DNA of 59,804 nucleotides from a virus. Lineage: Duplodnaviria > Caudoviricetes. Below, in pieces: positions 18,438 to 26,601 of this stretch (within the stretch, counting starts at the first letter, position 1; every line of letters starts with the position of its first letter). The notes beneath the pieces were generated by a model. That model was not told where the DNA came from and searched no databases. It worked only from the letters and a program-made list of their open reading frames with translations. The DNA is taken from positions 1 through 59,804 of IMG/VR virus record IMGVR_UViG_3300046707_000232. One strand, given 5' to 3'. The position numbers and the translations under genes were made by a program.

Positions 18438-18919
18438 ATGGAGAGCAACCGCAGCCAGAGGATCACCGCCCTCTACGAACGCGAGTCCGCTCGCCTGCAG
18501 CGCCACGTCGCACGCCGAGTGCACGGCGTTGACGCTGACATCGCCGACGACGCCTGCAGCTTCGCGTGGGCCAAGCTCGTCAGCAGGACCGACATCGATC
18601 CCGACGACGTCGCCACGTTTGGCTGGCTCGCCGTCGTGGCCGTTCATGCCAGCTGGGACCTCGCCGGGCGTGAGACCGCGTCCTTCGAGGCAGTCGAGCG
18701 CTCGAGATCACCAACGACGTGAACGTCGAGAACCTGGCAGAGATGCACGCCGACGCGGCGCTCATCGAGCAGCTTCCCGAGCATCAGCGCCAGGTCATGA
18801 CGGCTGCCGCTCTCGGCCTTAGCCGTGAGCAGATGGCCGAAGCGCTCGGTTGGACGGTTCGCGCCGTCGATCGGCATCTCGCTCGCGCTCGCGCCCGCCT
18901 CCGGGATCTCCGGGGGTAG
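18438..18919 (+). pseudogene. ECF-type sigma-70 factor split by a frameshift (region 2: 18438-18722; region 4: 18719-18919)
   Basis: LYERE..RL...V.RR....ADDACSFAW...FGWL region 2; LPEHQRQVM....LSREQMAEALG.....VDRHLARAR region 4; one added base near 18699 joins the frames (AVEALEITNDVNVE). Confidence 0.75.
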
Positions 18920-18954
18920 GGCGCGACCCGCCAGAACCCAAGAGGAGGAGACAA

Positions 18955-19665
18955 ATGCCCAAACCCAGACGCGTGCGGTGGGAATGCCCGAATGGGCTTC
19001 ACCCCGCGGTGCTGGGGTCTACGCGCCCGTCGAAGGACGCGACGGTGCGCTTCTGCCTGCCGTGCTCGGCGACCGCGACGCGACTGGTGGCGCGGACGGC
19101 TCCGGCGTTGGAGCGCGAGCGGGCGCAGGCGGCCGCGGCCAGCACGGCGCGGCGCGCGCGGAAGGTCGCGGCGCAGCGCGCGGCCGGCGCGGCGCAGTGG
19201 ACGGTGCGGTCGGCCGACGGCGAGTCGATCGAGCTGTTCAGCGAGATGTGCGCGATGCTGCTCACGCCAGAGCTGCGTGGCCGGCGCGAGGAGTCCGGCC
19301 GCGAACGCGCGTGGCGGCCGGACCTGACCGTCAGGCGCGGGTCGAAGGAGCACGTCACCGGCCATTGCGACGTCTGGGGCGACATCACGCTGACGGTCGG
19401 CTCTGGCGCGGCCGCGAACGAGATTCGCGAAGTGCTGCTGCACGAGTTGGTGCATGCGGTCACGGTCAACCTGCTGCCGCGGACCGGCGGGCGGCGCGCA
19501 AACGCGCACGGCCGCGAGTGGCACGGAGCGCTATTCCGGCGGGTGCTGTGCAGGGCCGCGGGCGAGAACTTCGGGGTGAGGGTCCACCCGGACGATCACC
19601 GCGAGGCGTACGGGCTCGACCGGCTGATCATCGAGCAGATGAGCGGCTCTAGCCTGCCGCGCTGA
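18955..19665 (+). CDS. SprT-like zinc metalloprotease
   Basis: LLHELVH...HGREWHGALF; AGGAGG RBS before ATG 18955. Confidence 0.75.
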   Translation: MPKPRRVRWECPNGLHPAVLGSTRPSKDATVRFCLPCSATATRLVARTAPALERERAQAAAASTARRARKVAAQRAAGAAQWTVRSADGESIELFSEMCAMLLTPELRGRREESGRERAWRPDLTVRRGSKEHVTGHCDVWGDITLTVGSGAAANEIREVLLHELVHAVTVNLLPRTGGRRANAHGREWHGALFRRVLCRAAGENFGVRVHPDDHREAYGLDRLIIEQMSGSSLPR

Positions 19666-21718
19666 GGATGCCGGGGCACGCCTCGTCGAACTCGGCGAGC
19701 GCGGCGTCGGCGGCTTCCTGCAGGTCACGCGGGAAGTCTCCCTCGAGCGCGCGGGCGAGGACCTCGACGGAGTCGACATCAGCGGCGACCGCTTCTCGCA
19801 GGTCGGAGGGGACCTCGTCGAGCGTGATCTCGCCGGCCTCGACGGCGAGCGCCCAGCGGCGGTGCGAGCGATCGCGCGCGGTCCGGCTGGCCGCGGTCGG
19901 GCCTCCGGGCGCATTCGGGCCGCGGTGACGGCCCTGGTTCGCGCGCTGCTCCGCCGCCGCGGCGGCCTGCTTGGCGTCGGTCGCGCCGCGCTGGGACTTG
20001 GTCTGCTTGTCGTTGGCGCCGGCGAGCGCCGGCCCGCGCGTGTCCTGGCCTACTCCCTGCCCGGGCGGCGCGGCCTGCGCGAGCTGCACCGCCTGCTCGA
20101 ATGGCGTGACCATGTCGCGCGGGAAGAGCTCGTCGACGATCTCGTCGGCGTTCGGCTTGCCCATCGCGTCGAGGATCTCGTGGACGACGAACCGCATCCA
20201 ACCCGTGTTCGCGGCTTGCGGGTCGACGACGGTGGAAGCGGCAGAGAGGTACTCGGTGATGTTCGCGACGTCGCGCTCGAGGATCGGCGGCATGTCCACG
20301 GTCAGCCGCGACGGGTCGAGCCCGACACCTTCGAGCATGTACCCCGTGATGTCGAGGATCGTCGTCTTCCAGCGCTCTTGGTTCCACTGCTGGCCCTTGA
20401 GCATCGGGCCGTCGACGCTGGTGGCGGTCGCGAGGTTCGACCCGTTCGGGTCGCCGAGCAGGTGAAGGCCGATGCCGGTGCCGGTCGCGATCTGGCCCTT
20501 GAAGATCGACGCGTCCGCCTGGGCGTTCGCGCCGTTGGTGTCCTGGACCATCGGCTGCAGGTCGACGCCCTGGCTCTCCACCGTCGCCTTCGTCCGGCCG
20601 GACTGCGCGACGGCTCGGGACAGGTTCTCTGTCGTCCCATCCATCGCGCCGGCGAGGCGCTGCAGGTCCATCAGCTGCGCGCCGACCTGGCTGACGCTCT
20701 TCGGGCCGCCCTTCGCCTTCAAGCGCATCGCGAGCTGCGTGATCGCCTGGACCATCGCAAGCCGAGACGTCATGAACTCGTTGAGGCCCTTCGCCCACTT
20801 CAGGACCGGCTGCAGGTCGGTGATCCCGAAACGCATCTTGCCGATCTTGTTCTCGTAGACGTGATAGACGCGGCCCGCGGCGATCTGATCGGCCGGCGGC
20901 CCCCACGGCTCGGTCTTCACGCACCGCGGCGACGTCGGCGGGCATGGCCGGTTCCGCTTGTCGCGGCCCCACAGGGCTGGTGCTTCGTGGCGCCAGTCGC
21001 GGTAGTAGAGGGTCACGATGTCACCCTCGATCCATTGTCCTTCGCCCTGTAGCGCGCTGAAGACGTACTCGCGCTCTCGGAACTGGCGCTTGTAGAAGAC
21101 CGGGATGTCGGCGTTGCCCGGGTGCGGGATGACGTCGACCATCTGCACGTCCGGGAGCGTGCTCATCTTCAGCGTCGCCGGCGGCAGCTGCCCGCGCGAG
21201 CCGACCGGGATCATGTCGTCCGTGGTCGGCGCTTTCTCGTCGCCGCGGAACAGCAGGAAGAACACGTTGCCCTGCAGGTTACTCTCGATGTCGCGCTGCA
21301 GCATCTTCTTCGTGCTCGTCAGCGCCTCCTGATTCTCGGGGTCCTTCCAGAACCTCGCGATGTACCAGGCGCCTGCCTTCGCCTCGCTCGTGGGGGCGTC
21401 CGGGTCGGGCTTGTACTTCGGCGGCGCCATCCCCCGGCCCCACGTGTACAGCGCGCGGAGCATCACGCTCCGCTTGATCATCGGGTCCCCGAAGAAGTAC
21501 TTGTACGACCGAAGGGTCTGCTGGACCTGGACGCCGCGCTCCGGATCGAAGTACGACCCGGCCTGCCCGCCGCTGCCGTAGAGGTTCCCGAAGTCCATGT
21601 CCTCAACCTTGCGGGCGAGGAGCTGGCCTGCGGCCGAGGACTCGCGGAGCGCGTCGACTTCCTCGCTGATGCCGAGGAGATCCATCGCGCCCTCGCGCAG
21701 AAGATCGCTCAGCCCCAC
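19649..21718 (-). CDS. Portal protein
   Basis: 689 aa; Y..DP.IKR, GNVF, RFGITDL, G.G.HLLGD...SNLATA features; position between terminase and head genes. Confidence 0.85.
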   Translation of the reverse strand: MGLSDLLREGAMDLLGISEEVDALRESSAAGQLLARKVEDMDFGNLYGSGGQAGSYFDPERGVQVQQTLRSYKYFFGDPMIKRSVMLRALYTWGRGMAPPKYKPDPDAPTSEAKAGAWYIARFWKDPENQEALTSTKKMLQRDIESNLQGNVFFLLFRGDEKAPTTDDMIPVGSRGQLPPATLKMSTLPDVQMVDVIPHPGNADIPVFYKRQFREREYVFSALQGEGQWIEGDIVTLYYRDWRHEAPALWGRDKRNRPCPPTSPRCVKTEPWGPPADQIAAGRVYHVYENKIGKMRFGITDLQPVLKWAKGLNEFMTSRLAMVQAITQLAMRLKAKGGPKSVSQVGAQLMDLQRLAGAMDGTTENLSRAVAQSGRTKATVESQGVDLQPMVQDTNGANAQADASIFKGQIATGTGIGLHLLGDPNGSNLATATSVDGPMLKGQQWNQERWKTTILDITGYMLEGVGLDPSRLTVDMPPILERDVANITEYLSAASTVVDPQAANTGWMRFVVHEILDAMGKPNADEIVDELFPRDMVTPFEQAVQLAQAAPPGQGVGQDTRGPALAGANDKQTKSQRGATDAKQAAAAAEQRANQGRHRGPNAPGGPTAASRTARDRSHRRWALAVEAGEITLDEVPSDLREAVAADVDSVEVLARALEGDFPRDLQEAADAALAEFDEACPGILSAAG

Positions 21719-22146
21719 TAGGCCTCCCGCCCGACAGTGATCAGCCCGCAGACGTTGAGTACGTCCTGGTAGATGCCGAGGCCGTGTGGCGGCCCGTCGC
21801 GCAACGGGTCAAGCACGGTGCCGTCATTGGTCATCACGACGAAGTGCGAGTTGCCTGACGGCTGCTCGACCTGGCACAGGTGAACATCGGCCCACGGCTC
21901 AGGCGGCCAGCTCGCGCCGCTTGCCCCCGCCCAGGCACGGTATGTCCGCTGGCGCCAGAAGCCGTGCTGTTGAAGAACGTGGTCCAGCGCCAGGTGATTC
22001 GTCCCGCCGCTCTCCCAATCACGAGACTTTCCATGCGCCGGGCTGGCCTCGATAAGCGCGCACCCCGCGGCGTAGTCGAGGCCAAGGATCATCGCAAGAC
22101 ATGCAGGTCCACAGCCGCTCGCGTGCTCCTGCTTGACCCTGCGCAC
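21718..22146 (-). CDS. C39-like cysteine peptidase
   Basis: VKQ....CGPACLAM, HFVVM, VLDP catalytic-triad pattern. Confidence 0.8.
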   Translation of the reverse strand: MRRVKQEHASGCGPACLAMILGLDYAAGCALIEASPAHGKSRDWESGGTNHLALDHVLQQHGFWRQRTYRAWAGASGASWPPEPWADVHLCQVEQPSGNSHFVVMTNDGTVLDPLRDGPPHGLGIYQDVLNVCGLITVGREA

Positions 22147-22147
22147 G

Positions 22148-22435
22148 TCAGACCTCCCGCCAGACGCCGCGCTCGAGGTACCCGTGCCAGAGAGTCCCGG
22201 AACCGTCAGAGACCCGGATCGACGGGGAAACCGTGATCGTGCCGTCCTCGTGCTCGGTGACGTCATGGCCCGCGAGGTTGCCGTAGTGCCCATTCGGGGT
22301 GCAGCCGCGCCATTCCCATCGCTCGTCAACGAGGACGCGTCCGTAGTCGCCGGCACGTGCGGAGTCCGCGTCATCTCCGTACCACTTAGCGCCGTCTAGG
22401 AGACGACGCCCTCCGGTGGTCTCGCCGACGGCCAT
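22148..22435 (-). CDS. DUF6527-like small protein
   Basis: TVSPSI...WHGYLERGVW. Confidence 0.6.
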   Translation of the reverse strand: MAVGETTGGRRLLDGAKWYGDDADSARAGDYGRVLVDERWEWRGCTPNGHYGNLAGHDVTEHEDGTITVSPSIRVSDGSGTLWHGYLERGVWREV

Positions 22436-22935
22436 CAGCCGCGGAAGTCCCGGAAGATCGCCGAGATCGCAGCGGCATCCCGCTCCGGGTCGCGGCCGCG
22501 TTCCCGCTCGATCGCGCGCTCGAGGTCACTGCGGCCGACGCCAGCATCATCGAACCGCATGCCCGACCGGATCTGCGCCTCCGTGACCTGGCGGCGCTTG
22601 CTCACGGCACGCGCGACGCGCTGGCGAGCGACCGCCGGATCGGAGTCCTTCTCGGCCACCCACACCGGGCACGACTCATACCCGCCGCAGCACCAGCCCA
22701 GGACGCCGACCGGGTTGTCATCCACGGCCATCGCGTCATCGGCGATCCCGCACTTCACCGCCGGGCGGCCCGTGTTCCCGAACCGCGTGATCGAAGCGGC
22801 CGGGCACGTCGCCTCAAGCTCGTCGGGTATCACGCCGCGCGGGACCAAGATCCCGTCGCGCTCGACGAGCTGCATCCTACGCAGGACCTCTCTGCCGTCG
22901 ATCACGCTCACCCGGCCAATCATCGGCGCGGGCAT
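22435..22935 (-). CDS. Hypothetical Cys-containing protein
   Basis: WCCGGYESCPVW motif; coupled genes. Confidence 0.55.
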   Translation of the reverse strand: MPAPMIGRVSVIDGREVLRRMQLVERDGILVPRGVIPDELEATCPAASITRFGNTGRPAVKCGIADDAMAVDDNPVGVLGWCCGGYESCPVWVAEKDSDPAVARQRVARAVSKRRQVTEAQIRSGMRFDDAGVGRSDLERAIERERGRDPERDAAAISAIFRDFRG

Positions 22936-22950
22936 GCGCGCGGCGCTACT

Positions 22951-24015
22951 TCACTCCACCCCAAACGCCAGCTGAGCCGCGCCGGCCTCCGGGTCAAGCC
23001 CCCACTCCATGTCGTCGTCGACGCCGAACACCGTGTCGGCTTCGATCTGCTCGCCCGCGGCGACGTCGTCGCGGTCGATCACCTCCGACTCGCCCCAGTC
23101 CAGCTCGGCGTGACCGTGAACTGAGAGGTACCCCATCACGCCGGCGACCGGGTCCGCGCAGTCCTTCGACCCCGACTGCGGATGATCCGGCGCCAAGCCC
23201 GGGCCGAGCGTCTCCAACTGCCGCATCTCCTGACGCAGCAACGCATACCGCGGCAACCGCACCCGCTCCTCATTCAACGCCTCGAGAACCTCCCGGTACG
23301 GCTGCGTGTTCTTCCCGTCCACCGAGAACTTCTTCGGGAGCCCGACGACCTCACCCGAGTACTTGTCGAATGTCATCCCAGCCGTCACGAGGCCGGCGAG
23401 CACGAGCTGCTGGGTCACGTCGGAGGACTGAAACCCGTCGAAGGAGAAGCTTGTGATGTTGAACCCGCGGAGCTGCTTGAGCTGCAGGATGAACCGGCCG
23501 ATGCTGCCGATGAATACCTGGCTGCCGACGGGCGCGATGATCTGCGCGACCAAGGGGATCTCGAACTCGCGAACGATCCGGGAGTACCCGTTCATCATCG
23601 GGTCCTTGCTCGTCTCCTCCGCGTACCGCGCGACGCGCCCCATCGCGATCCCCGCCGCGTCCGTGCGTCGCTCGACGTTCAGGGCGAGGTCGACTGCGAC
23701 ATGCCAGTAGCCGGCGTCCCACGCGCGGAAACTCTCGGCGAGACCGCCGATGAGCGACAGAGGGTCCGAGCTCGCGACAAGCGCGCGGTACTCGAGGTCC
23801 GGGTCCATGTGCTCGCTGAGCGCGCCGACGACCTGATCGGGCAGGACCATCGCGGCGTCGATCGCAGCGACGTCGGTGAAGTACGGCATCCGCGCGCGCT
23901 GCGGCAGCGACCCGTAGTCGAGGAGCGCGCCGCGCGGGTCCTTGCGGAACTCGGCCCAGTAGACGTCTTGCGGGATCGCGACGACGTCCTTGCCGTCGAC
24001 GTAGCGGACGGTCAT
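22951..24015 (-). CDS. Terminase large subunit, nuclease (RNase H-like) domain as a separate gene
   Basis: ATG 24015 overlaps the upstream TGA (ATGA); F..DP.GAL.DYG..P linker, HVAVDLAL, SFDGFQS, DHP..GSKD..D. Confidence 0.85.
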   Translation of the reverse strand: MTVRYVDGKDVVAIPQDVYWAEFRKDPRGALLDYGSLPQRARMPYFTDVAAIDAAMVLPDQVVGALSEHMDPDLEYRALVASSDPLSLIGGLAESFRAWDAGYWHVAVDLALNVERRTDAAGIAMGRVARYAEETSKDPMMNGYSRIVREFEIPLVAQIIAPVGSQVFIGSIGRFILQLKQLRGFNITSFSFDGFQSSDVTQQLVLAGLVTAGMTFDKYSGEVVGLPKKFSVDGKNTQPYREVLEALNEERVRLPRYALLRQEMRQLETLGPGLAPDHPQSGSKDCADPVAGVMGYLSVHGHAELDWGESEVIDRDDVAAGEQIEADTVFGVDDDMEWGLDPEAGAAQLAFGVE

Positions 24016-25520
24016 CTCAGCGTGCGGGCAGCTGCGTGGATCGCGTCGACGTACGGCTGGTCCTTCGCCTGGTCGTCGCGGGTGAGCTCGTCGAATCGCC
24101 TGAGGTCTTCGTGGCCGGGATCGAGATGCTGTTTCCAGGCCGCCCACGCGTCGTGGACGTCCTCACGCGTGGTGAGGGCGCCCTTCGTGAGGGCGAGGTA
24201 GGCGTACAGCCACTGCAGCGACGTCGGCAGGGCTTCGTCGAGCTGAGCGCCGACGGCGAGCAGCGCGCCGGCGAGCTGGGCGTCCGGGACGGTGTCGAGC
24301 GGGAAGAGTTCGCCGACACCGCCCGCGTAGTGCGGATTGGCTCGCGCCATCGAGGCCCGAGAGGCGGCCCGTGCCTCGCCGGCAGTCAGGAACCCCTCGC
24401 GTACAGGTCTCGGCTTGGCCGTGTAGATCTTCCACTGGTCGCGAGGCTTCGCGACCTCTTTGGGGATCTCGTCGGGGAAGTCCGGGTCGATGTCAGCCTT
24501 GGTGCCCGGCCGGTAGTTGGCCGGGTCGTCGAGGATGTAGTAGGTCTTGCCGCCGTCGTCGCTGAAGGCGCCCGGGTGCCGGCGGCTCTGGAACATGACC
24601 TTGCCCGCCGTGAGCTCGGCCTTGGTGAAGCTCTCGTGCGAGACGTTCATCCACTCGTCGAGGTCGTCGGTGAGCGGTGTGAGCGGCTCGTACATCGCGA
24701 GCTTCTTGAACAGCTCGAGCGCCATCATCGCCGACGTGCCGCTGTGCCCCTCGCCGCTGAACGTCTTCATGAGCTTCAGGACCGCGTTGCCGAGCATGCC
24801 GCCGTAGTCGCTGTCCTTGTCCATCAGGCCGGCGCGCTTGAGCTCGCTCTTGGCGTGGTCGGTGAGGTTGCTCTCGATGAACACCTCGAGCCACGCCGCT
24901 TCGACGTGGCGATCGGCGTCCGTCGGCGGGTTGCTCCCGGTCAGCGGGAACGAGTAGCGGGTGTCACCGACGACGAGGGTGACCTGGTCGAACTCGATCG
25001 CGACGCCTCTCGGGCTCCGGTAGTCGCTCAGGTCGTCGTAGGCGACGGTCAGGTGCGGGGAGTATCCGTGGTCTGTGCGTGCTGGGTAGCCGGCCGCCGC
25101 GAGCATGCCGACGAGTCGTTCGCGGGCGTCTGGCAGCGCCGGCACGTCGGGGACGAGGTAGGTGACGGGCTTCGGGCCTTCGGTGAACAGGCCGCGGCCG
25201 GCGATGACACCGCGCATCGGGCCTGTGCGCGAGGCCCATCGCATGACGGCGCCCTGGAGCATCCTGAGCCCGCCGGCGCGCGCGTCGCCTTCGGGGAGGA
25301 AGTCCTTGCCGAGGAACGCGAGCGTGACGTGGAGGTCCTCGGCCTTCTCGCCGCCGTCGACGGCGAGCTTTCGCGCCAGCTCAGGCGCGGGGTAGAACGC
25401 GACCATGCCGTGCTCCCCGCCGGACAGGTTGGCCTCAGCGAGCAACGCCTCGGCGAGCGATCCGGGCGCGTGCTCGGCTGCGAGCAGAGCCTCGGCCAGG
25501 GCGAGCAGGTCGAGCGTCAT
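24012..25520 (-). CDS. Multidomain protein: LAEA propeptide, 2H phosphoesterase, Tad3-like domain, RyR-repeat-like domain
   Basis: Two HxT motifs (LHVTLAF, PHLTVAY); SNL.DHA..EL..AG...GHSG.SA...EPLTPLTD...EW; DVHDAWAAW....H.DL..FDEL....Q.KD..Y. Confidence 0.8.
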   Translation of the reverse strand: MTLDLLALAEALLAAEHAPGSLAEALLAEANLSGGEHGMVAFYPAPELARKLAVDGGEKAEDLHVTLAFLGKDFLPEGDARAGGLRMLQGAVMRWASRTGPMRGVIAGRGLFTEGPKPVTYLVPDVPALPDARERLVGMLAAAGYPARTDHGYSPHLTVAYDDLSDYRSPRGVAIEFDQVTLVVGDTRYSFPLTGSNPPTDADRHVEAAWLEVFIESNLTDHAKSELKRAGLMDKDSDYGGMLGNAVLKLMKTFSGEGHSGTSAMMALELFKKLAMYEPLTPLTDDLDEWMNVSHESFTKAELTAGKVMFQSRRHPGAFSDDGGKTYYILDDPANYRPGTKADIDPDFPDEIPKEVAKPRDQWKIYTAKPRPVREGFLTAGEARAASRASMARANPHYAGGVGELFPLDTVPDAQLAGALLAVGAQLDEALPTSLQWLYAYLALTKGALTTREDVHDAWAAWKQHLDPGHEDLRRFDELTRDDQAKDQPYVDAIHAAARTLR

Positions 25521-25524
25521 CGTG

Positions 25525-25539
25525 CCCTGATCATCAGGG
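25525..25539. repeat. Palindrome CCCTGAT-C-ATCAGGG over the TerL-ATPase stop codon
   Basis: Perfect 7-bp inverted repeat read directly. Confidence 0.7.
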
Positions 25540-26598
25540 ACTCAGCACGGGCACGGCAACGTCTCGCGGCGCGTTGCGGATCCGGACCTCGTTGCCGTCG
25601 TCGTCCCTGCATATCGCGAGGCCGTGCTCATCGACCCCCAGGTAGGTGAGGTCCTTCTCCAACACGCGGATGCTGTCGGGGTCCCTGTCGAGCAGGAACA
25701 CGCGGACGCCCGGGACGAGCTGCTGCTTGGCTTCCCATGTCGAGATGCGCCGCACGAACGTCGTGACGTCCCAGTCTTCGCCGTCGCCGGCGACGATCTC
25801 CACGTAGCCACCCTCACTGCCGGGGGACGTGAAGAGGCCGCCCCACCCGAGGTTCGCGAAGCGGGACTTGCGGCGTCGGTTGAGTTGGCGGACGAGCTCC
25901 TTGACGTAGTCCGTAGTGGTCTGCCCCTGCGATTGCTTGGTGACGATGCCGAACGCCGCTTCGTCGACGGCCCAGCAGAACATGTTCCAGCCGAGCGCCT
26001 TACGAGCCATGCTGTTACCTGGCGCGAAGCGAATCCGGTTGGGGAACTCCAGCTCCGACTCTTTGTTGTCGAACGGCTGGAAGTTCAGCTGAAAGAACGG
26101 GGAGTTCTGGATGCGGCTGAGGACGTCGCTGTAGATGATCGCCTTCGCCTGGTCCGCGCCGGCGGCCGAGGCGTTCATGAGCGCGATCTCGGTCCGCGGG
26201 TCCATGTCGACGCCGGGGAACCCGCTGAGGTACTTCATCGGCCGTTTGAGGCTGCCAAGGACGTAGAGCGTGTATTGGAAGAGATACGCGGCTGAATAGC
26301 TCTTGCCGCTGCCTAGGCCTCCGACGAAAACGAACATCTCGTGTCCCGCGGAGGGGTCCATGAAGTCGCTCGTGAACTCGTCGATCGCGGGTCGCAGGTT
26401 CCCGCCAGTGCCGACGTAGTAGGGGTCACGGCCGAAGTGCTGGATCGGGACCGGCCACCACTTCCAGTCGTCGTCGCCTGTGTGCTCCGCCCATGCGATG
26501 TGCCGGTCTGCTGGCGTGAGCTGAAGGGCGCGGGCGGCGTCGTCGAACGCCTGCCACCGCGCCCAATACTCGTGAACGGGCTGATGAAGGAGGTACAA
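25534..26598 (-). CDS. Terminase large subunit, ATPase domain as a separate gene
   Basis: Walker A GGLGSGKS, Walker B WAVDE, R.KSRF and FTSP coupling motif. Confidence 0.88.
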   Translation of the reverse strand: MYLLHQPVHEYWARWQAFDDAARALQLTPADRHIAWAEHTGDDDWKWWPVPIQHFGRDPYYVGTGGNLRPAIDEFTSDFMDPSAGHEMFVFVGGLGSGKSYSAAYLFQYTLYVLGSLKRPMKYLSGFPGVDMDPRTEIALMNASAAGADQAKAIIYSDVLSRIQNSPFFQLNFQPFDNKESELEFPNRIRFAPGNSMARKALGWNMFCWAVDEAAFGIVTKQSQGQTTTDYVKELVRQLNRRRKSRFANLGWGGLFTSPGSEGGYVEIVAGDGEDWDVTTFVRRISTWEAKQQLVPGVRVFLLDRDPDSIRVLEKDLTYLGVDEHGLAICRDDDGNEVRIRNAPRDVAVPVLSP

Positions 26599-26601
26599 CG
26601 G

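Noticed and set aside
24936-25418. 2H domain as the ligase of an RNA-repair system with the HAD phosphatase
   Set aside because: The HAD gene is 28 kb away and no Rnl, RtcB or Pnk kinase was seen; not excluded but less supported than a signal-degrading role
24012-25533. Intein or self-splicing intron interrupting TerL
   Set aside because: No C/S...HN intein termini, no room for a ribozyme core (13-nt gap on one side, ATGA overlap on the other), and both halves have their own stop or start
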